This document shows, one piece after another, positions 46,772 to 56,600 of a stretch of DNA of 64,000 nt; positions within the stretch are counted from its first letter, which is position 1, and each line of letters opens with the position of its first letter. The notes under the pieces are model-generated. The model saw only the letters and a program-made list of their open reading frames with translations, did not search any database and was not told the DNA's origin. This stretch comes from Rickettsiales bacterium (lineage in GTDB: Bacteria; Pseudomonadota; Alphaproteobacteria; G027485855): contig JAIXQD010000019.1 of NCBI GenBank assembly GCA_027485855.1, positions 146,256-210,255 of the forward strand, written 5' to 3'. Made by a program: the position numbers and the translations under genes.

Positions 46772-48202
46772 ATGCTCGATATCATCTCTTTGCTTAGCTC
46801 TAACTTTGGCACGGCGACCAAGCCCGAAAAGGCCCGCGAGCGCAGCGAAGATTTTGACGCCCTCTTAGCCCGCGATAGCAAAACCGAGCCCAAGCGTGAT
46901 GTCGCCCGCAATGACATAAGCCCAGACAAAGCCCGCAGCAAAAATATTACAGCGCAAAGCGAGCGTGACGACACGAATGTAAAAGATACACCCGCCGCCA
47001 CCGATGCTGCCGATGCGCCAAAACAAGCCGCGGCAGAAAATGCCGAGCCCGATCAAGAAAAAAACCAAGATGCACCAGCGCAAGATGCGGCGCAAACGGC
47101 CAAAACAGACAACAACCCTTCCGATAAGCCCAAAGCTGCCGATGATGCTGTAGCTTTGGCGCAACCCTTGCTGCCGCCGACTTTGTCGGAGGACAGTAAG
47201 GCAACATCGTCTGCCTTCCCTCAGGTGGACGATGTTGCCGTAACACTTGCGGCCACCACCAGCACCGCCCCCACCAGCGATGCCGCAGCGGACGCCGCAA
47301 CCTTAGCCGCACAAACCGCGCTTGCGGCAGCGGCCACGAAAGACACCGCCAAAGCCGAGGGCGAAAAGCCCAGCGGCAAAGCGCTGGCCGAAAAAACTGC
47401 AACCATTGTTAATACGCAAAGCAAAGCTGTGGCCGCACTTTTAGGCGATGGCGAAGAGAAAAACACCGATAAGCTGAGTGCCGGCAACAAAAAAGACGGC
47501 GAAACAAAAACCGAGCAACGCGCCAGCCCCAATGCGCTGGCACAATTGCAGCCGCAAACACCACCCCCACCACCGCCACAAAATAACGATGCGGCACAAA
47601 TACAGCTTCAACAAGCAATGCAGCCAAAAGCCGAGCTGCAAAAAATGCAAGCGGCCAACAATGCTGCGCCCGAGCATAAGCCACAGCTGACAGTAACCGA
47701 GGCACAAAAGCCGCAGCTTTATGAGCAAACCAGCCAGCTTTCGGGCGCAACACGTGCAGGAAGGCCCGCCCAACTCCCGCATATTCCTGAACAAGTGGCC
47801 GTGGCCTTGCATAAAGCTATCCGCAATGGCGAGGACACGCTCACCTTGCAGTTAAAGCCTGCCGATCTTGGCAAGATTGAAGTGAAGCTCGAATTTGCCG
47901 CCGATGGCCGCGTGCGCGCCACGGTTATGGCCGACAATGCCGTGACACTTGATATGATGCAAAAAGATGCACGCGGTCTTGAGCGCGCCTTGCAAGAGGC
48001 CGGCCTGCGCACCGATGCGGGCTCGCTCTCATTTAATTTGCGCGAGCAAAATCAGCGGCAAACACAAAATGACGGCGATGACAGCCGTGCTGGCTTTGGC
48101 AGATTTAGCACCGGCAATGATAATATTGACGATGGCGCGGCCGAGCTTGCGCATATAGCAACACGCTATGTGGCCCCTGGCCGCATTGATGTACAAGTAT
48201 AG
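46772..48202 (+). CDS. fliK: Hook-length control protein FliK-like
   Basis: Has an Ala/Pro/Lys-rich central region and a C-terminal Flg_hook-type block, LQLKPADLGKIEVKLEFAADGRVRATVMADN. The start is uncertain (TTG 46697 or ATG 46772). Confidence 0.7.
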   Translation: MLDIISLLSSNFGTATKPEKARERSEDFDALLARDSKTEPKRDVARNDISPDKARSKNITAQSERDDTNVKDTPAATDAADAPKQAAAENAEPDQEKNQDAPAQDAAQTAKTDNNPSDKPKAADDAVALAQPLLPPTLSEDSKATSSAFPQVDDVAVTLAATTSTAPTSDAAADAATLAAQTALAAAATKDTAKAEGEKPSGKALAEKTATIVNTQSKAVAALLGDGEEKNTDKLSAGNKKDGETKTEQRASPNALAQLQPQTPPPPPPQNNDAAQIQLQQAMQPKAELQKMQAANNAAPEHKPQLTVTEAQKPQLYEQTSQLSGATRAGRPAQLPHIPEQVAVALHKAIRNGEDTLTLQLKPADLGKIEVKLEFAADGRVRATVMADNAVTLDMMQKDARGLERALQEAGLRTDAGSLSFNLREQNQRQTQNDGDDSRAGFGRFSTGNDNIDDGAAELAHIATRYVAPGRIDVQV

Positions 48203-48211
48203 GAGAGCAGC

Positions 48212-48925
48212 ATGGATCTAAACACAATCAGCAATAATGTGCTTATGGCAAAAAACACTGCCAATAAAGCGCAGCCACAAACGCTTGATACCAGCAGCAA
48301 CACCAAGGATACGCTGAGTAAGCTCAATGCGAATTTTGACTTTTTTCTGAAGATGCTGACCACACAATTACAATATCAGGATCCAACCTCGCCCGCCGAC
48401 CCCAGCGAATTCACCAAGCAATTGGTGCAATATAGCGGCGTTGAGCAACAGGTTTCGACCAATAAAAAACTTGATCAGCTCCTCAGCAAACTTGGCAATA
48501 GCGATGCTGGGGCGTTATTGGGCTATCTGGGCCGCAATGTTGAACTGAGCGGCAGCAGCTTGCCGCTGCAAAATGGCGAAGCGGCCTTCAAATATAAACT
48601 CACCGATGTTGCCAAAGATATAAGTGTCAATGTCACCGACGAAAATGGCATTTTGGTGCGCAGTTTTATTGGCAATAAAGCCGCCGGCACCCATGAAGTA
48701 AAATGGGATGGCAAAGATGATGATGGCCAGCCCATGCCCGATGGTCTTTATAAGCTGCAAATCACCGCCCGCGACAGCAAAGGCCAGATTATGGAGACCA
48801 CACCATCGATTTATGGGCGCGTGACGGGCGTTGAGAATGGCGCCAGCGGCAGCGTGCTTGAAATTATGCGCGGCCTTACCACCACCGGCGATAAGGTGCT
48901 GAGCATTCGTGAGCGCAGCGTATAA
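48212..48925 (+). CDS. flgD: Hook capping/assembly protein FlgD
   Basis: Has NFDFFLKMLTTQLQYQDPTSP and FTKQLVQYSGVEQQ, plus a FlgD Ig-like C-domain. Confidence 0.92.
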   Translation: MDLNTISNNVLMAKNTANKAQPQTLDTSSNTKDTLSKLNANFDFFLKMLTTQLQYQDPTSPADPSEFTKQLVQYSGVEQQVSTNKKLDQLLSKLGNSDAGALLGYLGRNVELSGSSLPLQNGEAAFKYKLTDVAKDISVNVTDENGILVRSFIGNKAAGTHEVKWDGKDDDGQPMPDGLYKLQITARDSKGQIMETTPSIYGRVTGVENGASGSVLEIMRGLTTTGDKVLSIRERSV

Positions 48926-48960
48926 GCCGCGTTTAGTTTTGGGCGTTTAGTTTTGGGCGT

Positions 48961-49659
48961 TTATTGGGCTAAGAGCGGCAATAAATAAGGCACGGCGCGC
49001 TCGGCCATAATTTTGGCGCCCGCGGCATTAGGGTGCAAACCATCGGCTTGATTAAGCGCCGGCTGCATCGCCACCCCTTCTAGCATAAAAGGCCACAGGG
49101 CAATTTTATATTTATCGGCCAGCCTTTGATACATCGGGTCAAAGGCCGCAGCATAGCTTGGGCCCAAATTGCGCGGCGCTTGCATGCCCACCAACAAAAT
49201 TTTGATTTGTTTTTTTTGCAGCGTCTCAATAATGCTGGCCAGATTTTTTTCAGCTTCAGCGGGCGATAAGCCACGCAGCGCATCATTGGCGCCCAAAGCC
49301 AACAGCACAATTTGTGGGTTGCTGGCCAAAGCCCAATCGAGCCTTGCTATGCCGCCGGCTGTTGTTTCGCCCGATACGCCGGCATTTTCGATGCTCACCG
49401 CCCGGCCTTGCGTTTGCAGCAAAGCTTCTAACTGCGCGGGAAACGCCTCTTGCGGGGCAAGGCCATAGCCTGCCGTAAGGCTATCACCAAAGGCCATAAT
49501 TTTTATTGGTGCTTCTGCGTTTACTTGCGCCGTGGCTGGCATGGCATAGCCTCCCCCCAAAAATAACGTGAGCAACAGCAACAATAATTGGACAGAGGCA
49601 CGCAGCGCCCCATATAAAGACTTAGGAGAAAAACCATGATGCATAATGCCGCCCCCCAA
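48961..49659 (-). CDS. tesA: SGNH/GDSL arylesterase-lysophospholipase (TesA-like)
   Basis: Has FGDSLTAGYGL (GDSL block), GANDALRG, and ADGLHPN (DxxH). Divergent from ybbA-ybbP as in E. coli. The exact start is uncertain because its head overlaps the ybbA start. Confidence 0.85.
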   Translation of the reverse strand: MGGGIMHHGFSPKSLYGALRASVQLLLLLLTLFLGGGYAMPATAQVNAEAPIKIMAFGDSLTAGYGLAPQEAFPAQLEALLQTQGRAVSIENAGVSGETTAGGIARLDWALASNPQIVLLALGANDALRGLSPAEAEKNLASIIETLQKKQIKILLVGMQAPRNLGPSYAAAFDPMYQRLADKYKIALWPFMLEGVAMQPALNQADGLHPNAAGAKIMAERAVPYLLPLLAQ

Positions 49660-50343
49660 ATAAACCAGACTGTGTCTGATGCGCTGGTCGAGTTTAAAGA
49701 TATTGGCCTGACCATGGGTGGCACAGGCAGCCCCGTCAATATCCTACGTGAGATAAATCTACAAATAAAATCCGGCGAAACAGTGGCAATTATTGGGCCA
49801 TCGGGCGCGGGCAAAACCAGCTTGCTGATGCTGTTGGGTGGGCTTGAGCAGGCCAGTCACGGCACCATTACTATTGCGGGGCAAAACATCACCAGCCTCA
49901 ATGAAGATGCGCTGGCCCGCTTTAGGCGGCAAAATATTGGCATTGTTTATCAGGCCTTTCACCTTATCCCCAGCATGACCGCGCTTGAAAATGTGGCGCT
50001 GCCCCTAGACCTGCTGGGCGACCCTAACGCCACCACCCGTGCCGAAGAATTGCTGCAAAAAGTGGGGCTGGCGGCAAGACTCACGCATTACCCATCGCAA
50101 TTATCGGGCGGCGAGCAACAGCGTGTGGCGGTGGCGCGGGCCTTGGTTAGTCGGCCGCGCCTGCTTTTGGCCGATGAACCAACCGGCAATCTTGATGCAG
50201 CCAATGGCGAGCAAGTGATTAAGCTGTTATTTGAACTCACCGCCGATTTTGGCAGTAGCTTAGTGCTGGTCACACACGATGCCGCGCTGGCGGCACGCTG
50301 CCAAAGGCAGATACGCATTCGTGATGGTCGGGTTGTGGCATGA
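49636..50343 (+). CDS. ybbA: ABC transporter ATP-binding protein (YbbA/LolD-like)
   Basis: Has [23 protein letters not shown] and [12 protein letters not shown]. Confidence 0.9.
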   Translation: MMHNAAPQINQTVSDALVEFKDIGLTMGGTGSPVNILREINLQIKSGETVAIIGPSGAGKTSLLMLLGGLEQASHGTITIAGQNITSLNEDALARFRRQNIGIVYQAFHLIPSMTALENVALPLDLLGDPNATTRAEELLQKVGLAARLTHYPSQLSGGEQQRVAVARALVSRPRLLLADEPTGNLDAANGEQVIKLLFELTADFGSSLVLVTHDAALAARCQRQIRIRDGRVVA

Positions 50344-52898
50344 GCGGCCTATTCTCGCCCCTCGCCTTTAAACTGGCGCTCCGCGAATTACGCCCGCGCA
50401 TGGGCGGCGGCTGGGGGCATTTGCGTTTATTTATAATTTGTTTGGCGCTGGGCGTGGCGATTATTGCCGCTGTGCTATCCACCACAGCAACCGTGTTGCA
50501 AAGCCTGAAAGCAGATGGCCGCAATATTTTAGGGGGCGATATTTCGGTGCGGGTGTTGTACGAGCCGATTGCCAGCCAAGATTTAAGCTGGCTTGCGCAG
50601 CAAGGGCGTGTAGCACAATTTATTGAAATGCGTAGCCTGGTGCGCAGCCTTGATGAGCAACGCAGCAGCTTGGTTGAGCTTAAAGCCACGGGCGAAAATT
50701 ATCCGCTGACCACAGGGTTTATCTTGGCGCCTGCCTTAGAGTTGCAGCAAGCACTGGCACAAAAAGACGGTATTTATGGCGCGGTGCTTGAAGATACTTT
50801 GCTGACACGTTTATCGATAAAAATTGGCGAGCGCCTCAAAATTGGCACGCTCGAGGTTGAGGTACGCGCCATTGTGCAAGCCGAGCCAGACCGCGCCGGC
50901 AGTGGTAGCTTTGCTTTAGGCCCGCGCTTTATTATCAGCACCGAGGCACTGGCTAAAACGGGGTTGTTGCAGCAAGGCAGTTTGGCTGAATATCATTATC
51001 GGCTGCTGCTGCCGGCAAGCACAGATGTTAGTGCCATGCGCGAGGCAATAAACGCCCGCCCTGCGGCCACAGGCTGGCAAGTGCGCGACCTTGATAATGC
51101 CGCGCCACAGCTGCGCCGCTTTGTTGAGCAATTTGGTATTTTTCTGAGCCTTGTTGGGCTGACCTCACTGTTAATTGGTGGCATTGGCATTGGTAATGCG
51201 GCGCGTGCCTATTTGCTGCACAAGCTGGCGCATCTGGCTATTTTAAAAAGTCTGGGCGCCGAGCAAAAGCTGGTTTTCCTGGTGTTTGGCTGGCAATTTT
51301 TGCTGATGAGCGCGGCGGGTATTTTACTGGGGCTGGGCTTGGGCATTGTCTTGCCGCTTATGGCCGCGCCCGTGTTGCAAAATATTTTGCCACTGCCGCT
51401 CACCATAACGCCGCAGCCCGCAGCCTTATTACAAGCGGCCTTGTTTGGTTTTTTAACCAGCCTTGCCTTTTGTTTGTGGCCATTGGGGCAAGCGGTGCGC
51501 ATCTCGCCGCAGCAATTATTTAGAAGCCTATTGCGCCTGCCGCCCACTTGGCCGCAGCGCAGCTTAATTTTACTCACCGCGCTGGCGGCTTTGGCTTTGG
51601 CCACACTTGCAGTGATGGGCGCCAGCCAAAAAATCTATGCGGTGGCTTTTATTGTCGGCAGCCTTGTGACCTTGCTGCTGTTTCGTTTAATGGCAGCAAT
51701 GCTGGTATGGCTGGCCGCAAATATTGCCAAGCACTTGCCGCGCGCAAGGCAGCTGCATTTGGCGCTGGCTTTGGGCAATCTTTATCGGCCGGGCAATGCT
51801 GTGGGTGTATTATCTCTCAGCTTGGGGCTGGGTCTGACCGCGCTGGTGGCTGTGGGGCAAATAGAGCATAATTTATCGGCACGTTTAGGCAGCTCGCTGC
51901 CAGCAGATAGCCCCAGTTTTTTCTTTGTTGATATTCAGCCACAGCAATTAGCGCCATTTAACGGCCTTATAAACAGCCTGCCTAATGTAACCGGCCTGAA
52001 TGAAGTGCCGTCTTTGCGCGGGCGCATTACCAGCATCAATGGCAAGCCCGCCGAACAAGCGCTCACCGCCGAGCGCCACGCCTGGATGCTGCGCTCGGAT
52101 CGGGGCATTACCTATGCCGCCAAGCCGCCAAAATATAGCGATATTATTGCTGGCCAATGGTGGCCTGAAAATTATCAAGGCCCGCCGCTGATCTCGGTTT
52201 ACAAAGATTTAGCCGAGGCTTTTGGCATTGGTATTGGCGATGAGGTGGGCTTTACTATTTTAGGCCGCAACATCACCGCTAAAATTGGCTCTATCCGCCA
52301 AATTGATTGGAGCACTTTTAACCTGAACTTCACCGTAATTTTTTCGCCCGGCGTTTTAGACAATGCGCCGCATACATGGCTGGCAACGGTGCAAACCACA
52401 ACCGCTGATGCAGACATAGCAGTGCAGCAAGCGGTGATAAACAAGTTTAGCAACATCACCCCCGTGCGCGTTAAAGAAGCGCTGAGTGCCGCACAAAAAC
52501 TTTTGCAGCAAATGGGCATAGCCGTGCAGGTGATTGCGCTATTAACGCTGATAACGGGCGGGCTGGTAATGGCGGGCGCCATGGCGGCCGACCAAAAACG
52601 GCGGCGGCTTGATGCGGTGATTTTAAAAGCCCTCGGCACCACCAGGGGCGATATTTTGCGTATCCTCACCATTGAATTTGCGCTGCTAGGCATAATGGTG
52701 GCCGTGCTTTCAATTGGCCTTGGCACACTTGCGGCCTATGCCACACAAACCTATGTGATGAATATACCCTTTAGCTTTGCGCCAATGGTGGCGCTGGCTG
52801 TGGTGGCTATTGGCTTAGTGTTTGCCTTATGTTTTGGCATTGGCTTATCGCTGCAAATGTTGCGGCAAAAAGTGGCGCCCCTATTACGACACGATTAG
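50340..52898 (+). CDS. ybbP: FtsX-domain ABC permease (YbbP-like, duplicated 4-TM modules)
   Basis: 852 aa with two FtsX-like TM bundles separated by large periplasmic domains. ATGA overlap with ybbA. Confidence 0.85.
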   Translation: MSGLFSPLAFKLALRELRPRMGGGWGHLRLFIICLALGVAIIAAVLSTTATVLQSLKADGRNILGGDISVRVLYEPIASQDLSWLAQQGRVAQFIEMRSLVRSLDEQRSSLVELKATGENYPLTTGFILAPALELQQALAQKDGIYGAVLEDTLLTRLSIKIGERLKIGTLEVEVRAIVQAEPDRAGSGSFALGPRFIISTEALAKTGLLQQGSLAEYHYRLLLPASTDVSAMREAINARPAATGWQVRDLDNAAPQLRRFVEQFGIFLSLVGLTSLLIGGIGIGNAARAYLLHKLAHLAILKSLGAEQKLVFLVFGWQFLLMSAAGILLGLGLGIVLPLMAAPVLQNILPLPLTITPQPAALLQAALFGFLTSLAFCLWPLGQAVRISPQQLFRSLLRLPPTWPQRSLILLTALAALALATLAVMGASQKIYAVAFIVGSLVTLLLFRLMAAMLVWLAANIAKHLPRARQLHLALALGNLYRPGNAVGVLSLSLGLGLTALVAVGQIEHNLSARLGSSLPADSPSFFFVDIQPQQLAPFNGLINSLPNVTGLNEVPSLRGRITSINGKPAEQALTAERHAWMLRSDRGITYAAKPPKYSDIIAGQWWPENYQGPPLISVYKDLAEAFGIGIGDEVGFTILGRNITAKIGSIRQIDWSTFNLNFTVIFSPGVLDNAPHTWLATVQTTTADADIAVQQAVINKFSNITPVRVKEALSAAQKLLQQMGIAVQVIALLTLITGGLVMAGAMAADQKRRRLDAVILKALGTTRGDILRILTIEFALLGIMVAVLSIGLGTLAAYATQTYVMNIPFSFAPMVALAVVAIGLVFALCFGIGLSLQMLRQKVAPLLRHD

Positions 52899-52928
52899 CA
52901 TTACGGCACGATTAACGTTACGCCACGA

Positions 52929-53447
52929 TTAGCGATGATACCCAATAAGCGGGCGGGCCATCATGGGTGCGCTCAACAAAGCCCGACGAATGGCGGCATG
53001 ATCGGCCGCAAGGCGGTTGCCCTCGGCATCGTGCAGGGCATGATGCACCGGATTGCCGCTATGCTGAAAATAATCATGCAGTTTTTGTGCATCAATTTTG
53101 TCGCGCACATTACAGCCGCGAATATTTTGTGGCGCCGACTTACCAACCACGCTGCAAAACAAAATCCAATCGCCCTCATAATCCCAGCAGATATAAATTT
53201 TGTCGGCGGCGAATTGCTGCAACCAGCTATTAAGGCGCTGGGTTAGCTCGTCTTTATTGGCGCAAGCTGCGCCCGGTATTTTGCCCAAAAGCGGCAGCAC
53301 TGTCTCTCTAACAAAGGGGCTGCAATCTTCAGGGTTTACCGGAAGCTCGGCATAAAATTTATGTTGCCCGCACTCGCTGAGCACCCCAAGGCTTATCAGC
53401 TTTTGGAAGGTGAAATCGCTAAATTCGGTATCGATAAACATCAGCAT
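52929..53447 (-). CDS. DEDDh-type 3'-5' exonuclease-like protein
   Basis: Has FIDTEF (ExoI-like) and HHALHDAEGN (H-x4-D ExoIII-like). Confidence 0.55.
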   Translation of the reverse strand: MLMFIDTEFSDFTFQKLISLGVLSECGQHKFYAELPVNPEDCSPFVRETVLPLLGKIPGAACANKDELTQRLNSWLQQFAADKIYICWDYEGDWILFCSVVGKSAPQNIRGCNVRDKIDAQKLHDYFQHSGNPVHHALHDAEGNRLAADHAAIRRALLSAPMMARPLIGYHR

Positions 53448-53596
53448 ATTTTTATTGTGCAGAAATGCGCCGGCAATGCCACAAAATAAAGAGATAAAAT
53501 AAAGGCACAGAATAAAGATATAAAATTAAGGCGGGCATTTGAGCTAAATGTGCCTTGGCCTAGCCCAATCCTTAAAAGAAACAGGCAAAATCAGGA

Positions 53597-53630
53597 CAAA
53601 AAAAAGAGCCGCCCATTGCGGGGCGGCTCA
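53597..53630 (-). terminator. Rho-independent terminator of the giant repeat-protein gene
   Basis: On the minus strand: GAGCCGCCC-cgcaat-GGGCGGCTC followed by T8. Confidence 0.75.
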
Positions 53631-53683
53631 ATTATTGTACCAACTTTTTAGGCGATAGGCCTAAGCCTAAAGCCCCAAGATTT

Positions 53684-56600
53684 TTACCAACCGAAGATAT
53701 TCCAATTAAACCCAGTGTTTGTGTTGGTGTTGCTATTGGAATTGCTGACATTGACGTTGGTGTTATCACCTACGACCGTGTTGCTGTTGGTGTTGGTATT
53801 GCTGACATTGACGTTGGTGTTGCCACCCACGACCGTGTTGCTGTTGCTGTTAGTATTGTTAACGGTGTTGATATTGGAGTTCGTATTGCTATTGGTATTC
53901 GAGCTCGTACTGGTGTTCGAGTTGGTGTTCGTGTTGGTGTTGGTGTTGGTATTCGTATTCATGGGCACGCAAGCGCTGCTGGTGATTTCCCAGTCGCTAT
54001 TGTTACCACACTGACCGCCACGATTGACCACACGCTGCTCAGTCACGCTGCCAACCATACCGTTGGGGCAGGCGCCAAAGCCAGAGCGGGCGCGCACTTC
54101 AGTGCTTTGCACGCAAACCGGTGCGCAAGTGTTGCTGGTCACCGTCCAGTTGCCATTCACGCCACACTGATTGCCCACATTGGTGCTGCGGGTTTCAGTG
54201 ATGGTGCCAGCCTGACCCGAAGGGCAAGGCGTGCTGTTGCGTGTTTCGCTCCCTTCGTTGCAAATCTGCGCGCAGGTGTTGCTGGTGACAGCCCACTCGC
54301 CATTGACACCGCACTGGTTATTGACATTAACCGTGCGACGCTCGCTGATGGTGCCAGCCTGACCAGACGGACATTGCGTGCTGTTGCGGTTTTCGTTGGC
54401 CTGTGCACAGACAATGGGGAAGCGCACATCATCGCAATCACGCTCATTGAAAGCGTTGTTGCCGCAGATGCTATAGCCGCAACCAGCCACATGGACCGAG
54501 ATGGCGACATTGCGTGACTGACCATTATACAAACCATTCAGCGCATTGCTACCAAAGGGGTTGGCCGGGCAATAGCTGGGGCTGTTTGGCGTACGCGTGA
54601 CATCGGTGCTGGTAGTGGGGCCTCTGCCGCCTTCAACAACCAGCAGAACACCCGTGCTGGTAGGCGTGCCTGTGCTTACGGTGTAAGGCGCGGGCTGACC
54701 ACCAAAGACCAGGTCATCGCACGCTGTTTCATTAACCAATGCTAGCGATGTGCCTTGTGGGCCTTCGGCAGATTGTGATGAATGCGGCTCAGCCCAGGCC
54801 ACGCGGTTGGTGACGCAGATTGTGTATGCACAGCCATTGCCACCGCTGCTTACTGCATCAGTTTTGTTGGCGCCTTTCCACAAGCCATTCCAATAGGCAA
54901 GCGGGAATTCGGTCAAAGCTGGTGCGTTGGCAATGATACCGCCGACATTAAAGGGATCGGCGCTGCAATAAGCAGGGTTGTTGTTTGCAGGAACAATCGA
55001 AGCGCCTGTCACCTGACCGCGGTTGCCCGTGATGGTTACAGTGACTGTACCATTATTGCCGGTGGGTGTGCCAACATCAATACCAAGCGGCACGGCCACA
55101 ATAATGGGGGTGCAGGTGTTGGCTGTGACTGTCCACTCACCATTCACGTTGCACTGATTACCCACATTAGTCGTGCGCGTTTCAGTGATGGTGCCAGACT
55201 GACCTGATGGGCAAGGCGTGCTGGTGCGTGTTTCGCTGCCTTGGGTGCAAACCGGGGCGCAGGTGTTGCTGACCACGGCCCACTCACCATTGACGTTGCA
55301 CTGGTTATTAACATTAACCGTACGACGTTCAGTGATGGTGCCAGCCTGACCAGACGGACATTGCGTGCTGGTGCGATCTTCTGTGGCTTGTGCACAGCTA
55401 ATCGGGAAGGTGACTTGGTCGCAATCCGTCTCATCAAATGCGGTGCTGCCGCAAATGTTGTAACTGCACCCGGCGACATGCATCCACACAGGGATATTGC
55501 GTGATTGGCCGTTATACAAACCGTTCAGCGCCGTGCTGCCAAATGGATCGGCGGGGCAATAGCTGGGACTGTTGGGCACGCGTGATACAGCGGTGCTGGT
55601 GGTGGGGCCTCTGCCGCCGCCAACAGTAACCGGAACATTGCTACCCGTGGGTGTGCCAACATCGACCGAGTAAGGCACAGGTGCCGGTGGGAATGCTAAT
55701 GGCCCGCATGATTGCTCGCCCGCATCATTGCTGACACAAACGGCATACACGCAACCCGCAAGGCCGCCAACTGTTGAACTGCTATTCACCGTGGTGCAGA
55801 CACCATTGTTACAATTGGTGCTGGTGGTGTTGATAACCTGCACTGGCGTATTCACAGTCAATGTGCGGCTTTGGTCTTTCCACAGGCCATTCAATGCATT
55901 CAAGGGGAATGGGTTGAATGGGCAAGTGCTGGGGCTATCGCTACGCAGCGCATAAGAGCTGTTGGTAACGGGGCCAATGTCGCCTTTCACATTAAAGGGT
56001 ACCGTTGAACCAGGCTGATAACCGCTGGGTGTGCCCACAGTCAGTCGCAGCGGATCGGTTGGCACGGGGGTGCAAGTGTTGCTCACCGGCGTCCAAGCGC
56101 TGTTGACACCACATTGCGAACCAACATTGGTGGTACGACGCTCGGTCACAGTGCCTTGCTGGCCTGCGGGGCAAGCATCGGTGCGCACGCGCTCTTCGCT
56201 GCCTTCACGGCAAGTTCTGGCGGTGAGCAAATTATCGCAGGCGCGCTCTTGGGCGGTGTTGGTCACGCACACCCAGTAGTTACATGTGCCGATATTCGCA
56301 TTAAGGTTGGTGACACGGCTGGCGCCATTCCACAGACCTTGCAAGGCGCTGGTCGCACCATTGACAAAGGGCTCGGCGGGGCAATCGGCAGGCTCACCAA
56401 AGAAGCGCTCAACCGTAGCTGAGGTCACTGGGTTACGGCCACCGCCAACAGTGGCGGGCACTGTGCGGCCGCTGCCATTATCGTTGGTGGGTGTACCCAG
56501 GTCTAAAGTGAGCGGTGCGGGCGAACCAGGGAAGGACAGCGTATCGCAATCTTCCTGATTTTGGGCGTTGGTGACGCAGGTGCGATAGACGCAGCCGGCC

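Noticed and set aside
48929-48968. Tandem 14-bp repeat (gcgtttagttttgg x2.8) between the convergent flgD and tesA stops
   Set aside because: It is short and intergenic, with no stem-loop or coding potential. It is probably a slippage remnant. Noted only.
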